This document shows, piece after piece, positions 52,720-64,000 of a stretch of DNA of 64,000 nt. The notes beneath the pieces were generated by a model, which was not told where the DNA came from, searched no databases, and saw only the letters and a list, made by a program, of their open reading frames with translations. A program made the translations under genes and the position numbers. Source of the stretch: Ruditapes philippinarum (taxonomy: Eukaryota). Within the stretch, counting starts at the first letter, position 1. Each line of letters starts with the position of its first letter. The DNA lies in contig NW_026856538.1 of NCBI RefSeq assembly GCF_026571515.1, positions 1 through 64,000 of the forward strand, in the 5' to 3' direction.

Positions 52720-53559
52720 TCGGGATGCTTGTCTGACGAGCTATTATTTTGATCCAAATATCCTGGAAATTTGTCTGAAAGTTTGTTTTGATGATTTCTA
52801 GGTCAAGTATGAATATGGGTCACCTTGGGTCAAAACTAGGTCAATAGGTCACACCGCCCAAATATGGAAAACATTGTTTACATTCTAATGGTCACATATT
52901 TTTGACTCAAATATTGAAAAACATTGTTTACATTCTAATGGTCACATATTTTTGACTCAAATATGGAAAAACATTGTTTACATTCTAATGGTCACATATT
53001 TTTGACTCAAATATGGAAAAACATTGTTTACATTCTAATGGTCACATATTTTTGACTCAAATATGGAAAAACATTGTTTACATTCTAATGGTCACATATT
53101 TTTGACTCAAATATGGAAAAACATTGTTTACATTCTAATGGTCACATATTTTTGACTCAACAGTTTACTGCCATCAGACTTGGTCAGGATACTTTTCTAG
53201 TTTATTGCTCAGAGGAGTTCGAACATTTGTCATCTTGGGTGAAAAACTCGGTCACAGGAGCTAAAAAAATGAAAAATCTTGTTAACTCTTTAGTGGATAC
53301 TGTTGTTATCCAAATATCCTGGAAATTGGTCTGTAAGTGTTTTTCTTTTAATCATTTCTAGGTCAAGTTAGAATATGGGTCACCTGAGGTCAAAAATTAA
53401 AGGAAATGTAAACTGCCAAAATATGGAAACACATTGTGAACATTTTAGAGTTTACAGTTTTGACTCAATTGTCATCAAACTTGGTATGCTTGTCTAAGTC
53501 ATTGCTCGATGTTTGAAGGGTCAGGTGAGCGATCTAGGGCCATTTTGGCTCTCTTGTTT
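52720..53559 (+). mobile_element. HINE/pearl-like (Helentron-associated) element with internal repeats
   Basis: Core aggtcaagt..gaatatgggtcac repeats; 3' end caggtgagcgatctagggccattttggctctcttgtt. Confidence 0.7.
52861..53160. repeat. 50 bp minisatellite, 6 copies
   Basis: acattgtttacattctaatggtcacatatttttgactcaaatatggaaaa every 50 bp. Confidence 0.95.
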
Positions 53560-53780
53560 CATAATACCTCATAAACAGACTCAGAAAAACCGCGTCTACA
53601 ATTTTCATGTAATAATATTGTTTTAATGCATCCGAGGGATGCACATGCGTATGTATATGTATGTGTATATGTATGGTTACATAAATGCTAGATTTCTAAA
53701 ATTACTCAATGACTCTTCTGTCGGATAACAATATAGTGTCAAGTTGTAACATTCATACATCTATTCACTCCAGAAAAATA

Positions 53781-54031
53781 TGGGGCGTCCGTGGCCAAGT
53801 CAAACTACTTGCCCCTCACTGCTGTGGGTTCGAATCCCGACAGGGTTCTTTGGATTCTTTCGTATGAGGAAACTATCCAGATAACTTACGTTGGTGGTTA
53901 TACTCAGGTGCCCGTTCGTACCTGAAATAATGCACGGAAGGCCACCTGAGGTTTTCCTCCACCAGTAAAAGTGGAACGTCGACATATGACCTATACTGTG
54001 TCGGTGTGACGTAAAACCCAAACAAACAAAC
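53781..54031 (+). mobile_element. tRNA-derived SINE (MetaSINE-like), near full length
   Basis: GGGGCGTCCGTGGCC head, GGTTCGAATCC B box, caggtgcccg..gaaataatgcacgga core, (AAAC)n tail. Confidence 0.8.
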
Positions 54032-54354
54032 CGAATAATAGTGTTAAATTTTCTGTTTAGTGAACATTTTATTTCGAGCAGTTAAAGAATATTTCTCTTA
54101 TGTCTATATGTTGATCTTGTGTTTCGTTTCGACAAGATCAGGATATTTATAATTCACAAGTAATTACCTAAGACAACATATGTTTTATGTTTCGTTTTCA
54201 CAAGGTCGAGAAATGTAGCTGTCTCTAAAAAGTGCGAATCTAATGAATGCTTTATTCCTTGTAGTTTTGATGTGAAATCAAAATATGATATACTGATTTA
54301 ATAACATTATACAATATATATGTACACATTTGGTTCAATGTCTTTTGTATTACC

Positions 54355-54625
54355 AATCACCTATGAATCCCGCCTCAAGTATATTACCTATGATTTCAAT
54401 TTATCACATATGAGTTCTATCTCAATTTATCAAATATTAGTTTTACCTCAACTTATCATATATGATTTCTATTTCAACATATCATATATGAGTTCTACCT
54501 CAATTTATCACATATGAGTTCTACCTCGATTTTTCACATATGAGTTCTACCTCGATTTTTCACATATGAGTTCTACCTCACTTTATCACATATGCATTAA
54601 AGTATTACATATGAATCCTACCTTC
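54355..54625. repeat. About 25 bp degenerate minisatellite
   Basis: tcacatatgagttctacctc units. Confidence 0.85.
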
Positions 54626-54970
54626 ATAAGCCAGCTGAATTGATTTTTCTGAAAGGTGTGTTTCGGTAGGAAAACTAATTTAGAAACTAACACTACTTTG
54701 GTTTCTTAAGAAAATTGAAATATTTGATTTCATAAGTCTCAAAAGTAATTTGTCACTTAGATATTTGCATTTAAAAACTTTATGCCAGCAGACGACCAGC
54801 AGAAAATTTTCAATGAAAAGGGGAGTAATTGCCTTTGAAGTCACATTACAAAAAAAGAATTGGTTGGCTACCTTTATATGACAAGATCACTTTATATGAG
54901 TCTGGCATTTCATTCTCATGGAAGAATTACCTCTTTAGCATCAACACTAAATTTTAAGGTAGGTTTAGGG

Positions 54971-56155
54971 ATTATTGTCCCCCGCATTTTCGAAGAAAAA
55001 AGGGGATATAGAAATAGGCTCCGTCCGTCCGCACTCACAGGACAGTAATTATGTGGCTAGAGGGACAATAGGTAACTGTTCTTTCTTATTATAGAAAATA
55101 ACAAAAGAAATAGCCCCTTATTCCATTTCGGCCGGATGTCCATCCGTCCGTCACAATTTCGTGCTCGGTCCATAACTTTGTCATTTATCAAAGGAATTTG
55201 AAATAACTTGGCACAAATGTTTGTTATAATAAGACGATGTGTCATGCGCAACAACCAGACCCCTACCTCCAGGGTCAAGGCCGCACTTGGTCATTCAAGG
55301 TCAACATTGTCTATTTGAGGGTATAATATATAATATATGTCGTGTCTGGTCCATAACTTTCTTATCTTTGAAGGGATTTTGTAAATCACAGTTGTTCACA
55401 ATAATGAGACAATGTGTCACGCGCAACAACCGGTCACCTACCTTCAAGGTCAAGGTCACACCTGGAGGTCAAATATTAACATAGTCTGTTATAGGGTAAA
55501 TTTTGTGTCTGGTCTATATCTTTTTCATAGTTTAAGGAATTTTGAAAATACTTAGCACAAATAGTAACAATAATAAGATGATATGCCATGCACAACACCT
55601 GCACCCCTACCTCCAAGATCAAGGTCACACTTAAAGGTCAAAGCTTAACATGATAGATTTTTAAATTCTGTGTTTCATTTTATTTCTTTAACACATTACC
55701 GCATGGGCATTTTGTGAAAAATGGCTGTTTTCATTGAAAAGTCTCCCGTTACAAGTTCAAGTTGCTATAAAACTATAAAAACTGCTTCAATACTAATCAA
55801 ACTTGGCACAAATGTTGACTGGGCCATTGCCTTGGCATCTCAAAATTGCCAAAAATCACTTTTTTGGGTTGATTTTTTTCCATCAAAAAATGAGGGGGAC
55901 TCCCGCCTCCCTTCAAACCCCTGAAAAAAGTGGTCACCATTTGAGACAACAAATAAGGGGGTGAAAAAGGCGCAGAAAGGCGTATATATCTGGTAATGGG
56001 TTAATAAATTTATTGTTGTATTTGCAGATCTAGCATTGATCATAATTTTGGACTGAAAGTTCTGAGATCCATACCTCAATCTTTTGAAATAGCACAATTT
56101 TATGCTTCATATAAAACTTCCCTGAGGCGGGGGGCATTGGATATTCTGTTAAAAA
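54971..56155 (+). mobile_element. HINE/pearl-like element with core repeats of about 170 bp
   Basis: 5' tgtcccccgc...ccgtccgtcc, three tcaaggtcaaggtcacac cores, 3' gcggggggcat. Confidence 0.65.
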
Positions 56156-56976
56156 TTCTTGATCTATAATTTTGGTGATTGAAACTTGTGTATTTTACAG
56201 GAAAGTGACAGAGTTAATTTCTCCTTAGTACATTTGCGAAAATAAAGACGACATGTACTCATAGACTACCAACAATTTGGAAAAATTCACTTAAACAGTA
56301 AGTACTGACAACCAATATAATGTACATCATATCAGCGTATGAACATACATATAAAAATTGTCTTCTTAACAGTAAAATCATAACAGAAAGATAGATGCAT
56401 CTGAGAAAAATTCCCTGGGTTAGATTCAAACATACGTCACCACTGAGCGAGATTTCTGTTCTGAGTCTGATGCTTAATAAGTTAAACCTTCTTTTAATGT
56501 TATATACATGTACCCAGTACACAAAAAATAAACAAATATGGGCAATATCTGTAGAAGCGAAATTCTGACCCTGAACAAAAACATCACAGACCGTCAAAAT
56601 ATTTTGACTATACATGTATGGATGGATGGATTGGTGGATGAATGGGTGGATTCTAGGCTTAATGAGAGTCTTTTCAGGCACTGAGAGTTCGGACCCCGCA
56701 CATGTCACCATTCATGTTCTTAAATTTTATTATCAACCAAAAGGTGGCCTATAAATATTAAATGCAGTAATGCACGAAATTAATCTGTATGCCAGTCGAT
56801 TTTTGTGATGATACAATTTTGATGCAAGGGAGGCCAATAAGACCATTATATGTATCACAGAGAAAAATAAATGGTCATATCTTTCGGATGATCTCACTAA
56901 CATTGCCAACTTCAGCCAGTAATCACTGCAACACTTTGATTGGTTGACTATAATATTGTATATGCGATATATTATT

Positions 56977-57089
56977 AGTTATAAAGATTGTTGACAGGTT
57001 ATATGGCCCTATATAAACGGCTATTTGAAAATATTCTGCAAACAGCCGTTTATATACGGCCATATAACCTGTCAACAATCTTTATAACG
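56977..57089. repeat. Near-perfect palindrome, arms about 48 bp
   Basis: gttataaagattgttgacaggttatatggcc...ggccatataacctgtcaacaatctttataac. Confidence 0.9.
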
Positions 57090-59515
57090 AATTTATAATA
57101 CAGCAAGCATAATTTTTTAAAGAAAAAAGGTAAGATTTCTTCATGAGTCGACAGCAGCCGTGTATATAAAACTATATAAACGTCACGATTATCCAATGAA
57201 AAGTGACGTTACAAATTACGTGCAGTATTATAAAATAAATTATAACTTACTTAGATTAACTGTTAACTTAGATTACCGTAAGTTATCTTCTAATATAAAG
57301 TAGTTGTTGTTATAGTGAATATTTTACTCTTTTAGTATCTTCTACATCATTGTCTAATTTACTTCATCTTATATCAATATATATCTAACTTATAAGGGAG
57401 ACAACTCCCAAAAACCGTCTTTAATGCAATACAGACTTACCTCCCTTATATACACGGACTACCGTGCATATTACCCAATACCACATCCCGTGTTTTTTTT
57501 TTACTCTTGTTGCAATGATTTTGCGACTTATGTCCCGACTGACTTTCAAATGATTTTGCAATACATCATGATTCGTTAAAAACTGATTATAAAGTCATAT
57601 TCCTATCAAGATGTATAGAGGATTGTGATACACACGTAACATAAAATTGATCCTTAATTATTTTGATCTGATTACTATTGTATGCGTTTGGAATTTCATC
57701 TATTTTATTCCAAAATAGAATTGTTTCTTTGCAAGTCATCACAATTTTTTATTATGGTTATGTACCATTCAATTCTAGCAAAATACGATCAATTTAAGTT
57801 ATATAAAACACTGAAAATAAAAACTGGATCACTTAATCCTGATGTTTTCTTAGTGAACACAGGGCCAGAGTTGAGCCACTAATGTACCCTTTTAATTGCT
57901 TAATGATATCATAAGATAATAAATATTTCAACATCTGCAGTGGTACAATCACATTAACAGAGAATTCTACAATAATGTTTAAGCTAGAATGCAATTATTA
58001 GGATAAGAACTAAACATATTAGCCATTAACTGTGAACAAATCTGCCTGGTTGTCATTTACATATTTTATTAAATACAAGAAATTCTTAGATAACAAGTTG
58101 GGCAGTTTGAAGGTAATTAAGGCAAATTGTTAAAATATGCATCAGTGGTGTATTTAAATATACAGTTTGTTTGGACTTTAAAGGCGCACTATGCCTCCGA
58201 AATTCATATCAAAAAAATCTTTGGAAAGGTCAAATTTGTGTTAAATATTGCTTTAATATGGATTTAGGGCATGTTAGATATAAAATACCCAGCAACTGAA
58301 GAGAGTAGCACTTTACTTTCAGTTGTTGTAAAGATGGTAAAATGTAATATTTTGACTTCTATACAATATCACTGTACTATACCACAGAAGCTTGACATTC
58401 TATCAATAATTAAAAAATATAAGCAAATAATTAAGAAATAATGGCAAATGTACAGACCCCTCTATATAAGAAATAAACAGTGTTTGTTAATATTATAGAG
58501 CCTGTGTGTTTCAATTTATTCCTTATTTGAATACATATATACCAATTATATCATAGTTTGGGGACCTTTCTGTTGAAAATGTGTTAGAGTTAGATCGTAT
58601 ACATATACATGCACAGTGCGTTACCAGTAACCTGAAGTGCAGGTATTAGTGACCAGCACTCCAGCGCATGCCCATTGATTGGCTCATTTTTGCTGGGGTT
58701 TACTTATTGGGACGACAGAGAAAGGGCAAGCGACAGAAATATCATATTCAGATGCTCGTTCATTGTTTTTTTTTTTCTGGGGTTTTATATTATGACAAAA
58801 GGAAACGTGTTTTTATGTTTGACTATAGATAGTTCATGGCCATTAATTAACTTTTGAAAACTTGAACTAGATACCAGAAGTAAAAAGGATTTGAGAAAAA
58901 ATGTTTAAAATGATAGCATTTTGGTGAAAATGTTTTTGTATTTGATTGATAATAATGTTTTCTGTTGAAGTATGGTCTCATGTGACACTATACACTAGTT
59001 ACTGTAACAACCAGAGATTTTTTTATGTCAACAGGTACATTATATATATGCCAGTGACTTACATCGAGATACACTCAATTTTAAAATGCATTCTCAAACA
59101 TTAAATAATTAATTCATGCTAAAATCAAGACAAGCGTATAAGTGGGTTTTCTTTTTGGTGTTATTGTTTAATTTTACAGTTTAATTCAATTTTTTCATTT
59201 TTTGTCACTGTGACTTTGTTCTGGGGCAAAATTGTGGGTTTTTTTTGTTCTTTCATGGTCAGCTAAGAAACCGTGATTAAGATGGAAATATATTAATGTT
59301 GGAATTGCACTGATCAAAATGCATTTACTTTCTTGGGTAAATAAATATTGGAAAAATGAAACACAAACAATGAAGATTTTAAATCAACACTTTTATATAA
59401 TCATAAGAAAAATAAGTAAAAAAAAAATTTACAAAACATACCATAGTAATAAAAGTATTGAAAAAATAAAAGCGAAACAAATAAGTACAAAAAAATACAA
59501 TATAATGAAATATTG

Positions 59516-59714
59516 AAACAAGAGGGCCATGATGGCCCTGAAGTCGCTCACTTGTATATAGGCCCCCGGTGTGGGTCCAATTTCACCCAGGGGCTTTTAT
59601 TTGAATAAACTAAATGGTAGACACCCATTTGAAGATGTTTCATGACGGCCGGACGCTGGACAGAAAGCGGTCACAATAGCTCACCACGTCACTTTGTGAC
59701 AGGTGAGCTAAAAA
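59516..59714 (-). mobile_element. Short pearl/CvA/HINE-like element
   Basis: aacaagagggccatgatggccct stem, gtcgctcac, gacgg repeat remnant, tagctcacc...ggtgagcta inverted repeat. Confidence 0.75.
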
Positions 59715-60044
59715 TAAGTGAAACAAATATTTACAAAAAATACAATATAAATGAAAATATTGAAAAACCTAAGTGAAACAAATAATTACAAAAAATACAA
59801 TAAAAATGAAAATTTTAAACACAAGAATAGAAAATAAAACTAGAAATGTGTCTATAGAACACTGATGCCCCCACTTCAAAAAGAATGTGCATTTCGCTCT
59901 CGTCTCATTAGTACAGTTTGAAATATAAGAAACGACATTTTTCGATAAATTCGTGATTCTCGTGCAATATACAATTTATCTCAAATTTCCCGAAGCATTA
60001 ACTTATGACTGTACGGGAGAGCATTAGTGCCAGGTGTGTGTTTT

Positions 60045-60150
60045 TTATTTACTCGAAATTTTGACTTATTAACTCGAAATTTCGACTAATTTACTCGAAA
60101 TTTCGACTTACTAACTCGACATATGTTTGTCAATCGAAAGTTTTGAGTTA
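60045..60150. repeat. 21 bp tandem repeat, about 4 copies
   Basis: actcgaaatttcgacttatta-like units. Confidence 0.8.
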
Positions 60151-60744
60151 ATGATTTATAAAGGCTCTTTAGAAATATTTCGATGAACGAAAACATTTAT
60201 TTGATTGAATAAATCCAACAAATCCGTGTTCTTTGACAACGCTATTTTTGACTTTGTTTATATTTAGATCTAGACAAAGATTGGCATATAAACTAACGTA
60301 ATAGATAATTAAATAATTATCTGTATTAAAATATTAATCAAATCATAACTGAATTATAAATTAATTATTTAATTATTAATTTATTATTTAATCAATTAAA
60401 GTGTTGTTTATTTTTGTTACAGAACAGAACAGTTCCTTTATTTCTTTCCCAGGGTACATGGCAATACAATATGGGGACACTTTATCAGCCGATGAATAGC
60501 GTTTTGATTCAAAATAGCATGAGGATTCAGTAACATTTAAAGATTAAAATGTTTATTTTTGGGGAATCCTTCACGTACATTATTTATCTGATGATATAGT
60601 TCTAATTTATATAAGTATCAAGAAAAGACTAACTTTTTTATCGACATATCATGGAGAAGAAACCTTAAAGTTAATGTGTTCAAAACATTACAATGATTAA
60701 TTTCTAAGAAGCTTGCGAGAGTTTCTGAGTAGTCGAAGTGTTTC

Positions 60745-61010
60745 TCTGCCACAAATTGGCGATATATTAAAATTATATGTAAAATGTGTAATCAAAATGT
60801 AGCAGAAACGGAATATCACTTTCTCCTATGTTGCAAAAAATACTCTCAAATTCGCCAGAAATACATTGGTAACATAATATGGCCTTCCTTGAATAAATTT
60901 AATAGTATTATGTCTTGTAACAGCAAAAAGAAACTGATTCTATTATCGAAGTTTATTAAACTTAAAAGAAGCTTTTTGAATTGCGTAAAAATACCCATGA
61001 AACTGTAACT
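60745..61010 (+). mobile_element. LINE ORF2 C-terminal fragment
   Basis: C..CNQNVAETEYHFLLCCKKYSQIRQKY, similar to the 33.9-34.1 kb fragment. Confidence 0.65.
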
Positions 61011-64000
61011 GTTTCATAAGTCTATGTTTATATGAATGTCTATTGTTATTACTATTTTGTATTGTATGTCTTTGCCATACTTCATGTCTCAAAGACTTTT
61101 TGATCAAAATTTATGGTTGAAATGTTGTCAACATTGAAAAATTACCCTGAGTCATTGAACCACCTGATTTAGAAAACTCGTGATTTAAATGGATTTTGAG
61201 CAGCGCATAGTACACTTAACAAGTAAACCAAACATAAACGATGATATTTCTACAAGGTAAGTTTAGACTAGATTTCATAAAAAAAAATTAACGGCGTTTT
61301 GCGATCTTTGATCTTATATTTTTGTTCTCATATTTCCGATATGAATACCCAAATACTAAAATTTATGATATTTCCATCAATTTTACTAAATGATATAAGT
61401 CAGTTCAATTTCTCGATTGGATATTTCTTTTTTCAGGGGGTCGAACGTATGGCAGTGCGATACTTCTTTAAGCGGGTGAAATCATGCGATACGGAACAAT
61501 AAAATTAAAGTTGGTATATATGGACATGTTGTGTTTTTTTGTTTGTTTTTCAAATATTTGTTGTATATTGTAATTTCTTGAAGAACAGCATTGTGCATGC
61601 TGATCAGAACTTATAATTGTCGTCAAAATGATGATGGCATATATTGTTTTACTTATGTTACGGTTCCTATGGAGTCCTTTTACATGCTTCTAATGACCTA
61701 TTATGCAAGCTAGTGCCTTTCTATATGTGAGTGAACTGCTGTATGTTCTTACACAAGTAGCAAGTTGGTGTTAAAAACATTTGGAACTTGTATGAATGAT
61801 GTGCGCTGTAGAAATTCTATATACCCAAATGATGTGCATACCGAGCTGTCAATAGGATGGGATACCTTTATTTAATTTCATATGATTTCATATGAAATGT
61901 TATGTTTTGTACAGAAATAATGACACATTTAATGTAGGATTTTAGATTTTCTTTCTGTTAAAATTTCTGATTATCCATATTTGCATTGATAGGCGCACAA
62001 TGAGTGAGGAGAAATACTTATACCAAAACCTCAATTATGAGTTTAAGTTATTCTTCTCATTCAGGAAATCAATTAAAGATATTTAGTAAAATGAACATAA
62101 AAGTAATAGATATGTTTGATTTGCTGTGTCTGAAACAATAAAATAACAATAAACAATAAAACTAATGGGATATTATTGAGCACTAAGAATACAGAACTTT
62201 TCATTAGAAAGATATTACTTCATGTGTTACATAATTTATAAGTTTGTTTTAATAAAACTTGCCTACAGTGCAACTTTTTGGAATGATGATACAGTAGCTA
62301 TGAACGTTGTTAAAGTTGAGTGATGACAAGAAATATAGTTATCTAAGATCTTAGAGTAAAGGTTACTTTTTCCAACTCCTAGTTGTCATAGGTAGATATC
62401 TTATTATTAAAATTTAGTTCAAATAGTAACACTTATGTAGATGGTGATACGAAACTTTTATTTTAATTAAATAATTAAATCCTCAAGGAAAGAAGAAGGT
62501 TTAAAAACTTTTTTTTTCAAATATCCGGAATATATATATGATAACGATGAAACACTTTGAGCCACAATAAATATTGAATAATTATTATTACGTTACAAGT
62601 CAATGATTACGTACTTAAAGTCAAACTGAAAACCATTAAAGTAGCATGCCTCCATGCAGATTCATGATAATTTTCGTGAAAATTTTATATTGTATTTAAA
62701 AGTTAAATATTGTGAAGTGAACGAAGAAAGTAAGTTTCACATATACATCCACGTATAAGTTACCAAAAAAAGAGGTCAAAATATGAAGAAAATAAACCTT
62801 TACTACTACGTTAGTCACGAAGTAGAAATACTGTGATAAATGCTGCAAAATCATTAACCACAAATAACGTGTACATTTTTATTTAAATCTATAATCTTTT
62901 TTACTTTTTTATTATTATAAAATCTTAGTTTGTAATTCTTCATTTTTTCCTGGCTCGCCTGGATGCATACTTGTAAATGAAGCCATATACTTGTTACAAG
63001 TCTATATGTTGAAAATATCATTTGTCAAAATTTGAAACAGGTCAATTGAGTATGAAATGTAGATCTAACGTTACTTAATTCGATAAAATACTTACGAATC
63101 TTCAGTAAATTCCATGTAGTCAGTTTAGCATATTCTTGAAAAGAGTTTCACTTTGAATCAATGCGACTTTTTTCTGAAATTGCTAACAACGAAAATTAAA
63201 AGCTGTATTTTATTTGAAAATTTAAACAAAGCATTTTACCCTAGGCCAAAAAGGGTTTACAGGGAAGGGCCCATTGAGGCCCCTTTTAAAAAATAAAAAT
63301 TAGTTTAGATTTAACTTAGAACTTTTTAAAGAACTTAGGTTTAGCTCTTAGGCATTTAGGGGTTTCCCATAGGGGGGGGAAAACCCCAAATTTTTTTTGT
63401 GCAGTGGACAAGAAGAGAAATTTGGATAAATTTTTTAAAAATTAAAAATTTTCTTAAATTCAAAAAATTTTTCATTAAAAAATTGGGAAGGAAAAAAAAT
63501 GCCTAAAAAAAAAAAGAAAAAAAAAAAGGAAAAATTAAAAAAAAAAAAATTAAAAAAAAATAAAAAAACCGGGAAAAAAAAAAACCAAAAAAATTTAAAA
63601 AATAGGAAAACCAAACTTTTCCCCAAAAAGCAGGGAAAAATTAATCCAAAAAGAAAGTATTTTAAAGAAAATTCTAGCAAAAAATTTAAAAACCAAAAAA
63701 CCGGCTCCCAAAAAAAAATCCCCATGGGGGACACAAGTTTTAAAAAGGTAAAATCTTTCCCTGTATTAAGTAGAAAATTCCCCAAAATTATCAAATTTAA
63801 AAAAAATTGGAATTTTTTAAAAAATTAAAATTTAAAAAATTTAAAAAAATGTCGGTTTCAAAAATTTGTATAAAAATTTGTTTTATTTTTAAAAAATTGC
63901 AAAAAATCTTCTTTCACCCTTTTTTTTTTTTTTTTTACACAAAAATTTTCTAAAATTGGCTTTGATTTTGGAAATTGGCTATTATAACCCCCGGTGTTGT

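Noticed and set aside
52861-53160. Regular repeats as a CRISPR array
   Set aside because: Head-to-tail 50 bp units with no unique spacers, eukaryotic context, no cas genes
53781-53850. tRNA genes here and at 7320-7390 and 34240-34316
   Set aside because: A/B boxes only, no complete cloverleaf, followed by SINE bodies and tails
63235-64000. Lys-rich and Phe-rich ORFs (63499..63828, 63435..63794)
   Set aside because: Homopolymer-dominated sequence that looks like low-quality read tail; ORFs are compositional artefacts

Overview
AT-rich eukaryotic genomic DNA; the repeat families suggest a bivalve mollusc (inference). The left half (minus strand, 32070 down to 2419) holds the first 26 coding exons (about 1100 codons) of a complement C3-like thioester protein gene. 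I reconstructed them by hand; all introns are GT-AG and phase-compatible. The protein has a signal peptide, MG domains, an RKRR beta/alpha site, an anaphylatoxin domain with rearranged cysteines, an LSSR/S activation site and the GCGEQ thioester, and it continues beyond the left edge. A TATA box and STAT/kappaB/GATA-like motifs lie just upstream. The introns and the right half are dense with mobile DNA: tRNA-derived SINEs, MITEs, a 3.1 kb foldback, a 3.6 kb local duplication whose second copy gained a solo LTR and a hairpin-ended element, an internally deleted spliced Academ transposon (XPG-like domain), and HINE/pearl-like elements. There is an N gap at 52030-52182 and low-quality sequence at the right end. 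I see no clearly new biological system. The best leads are the C3 cysteine rearrangements, a stop-containing duplicate of C3 exon 3, and the hairpin-ended element family.
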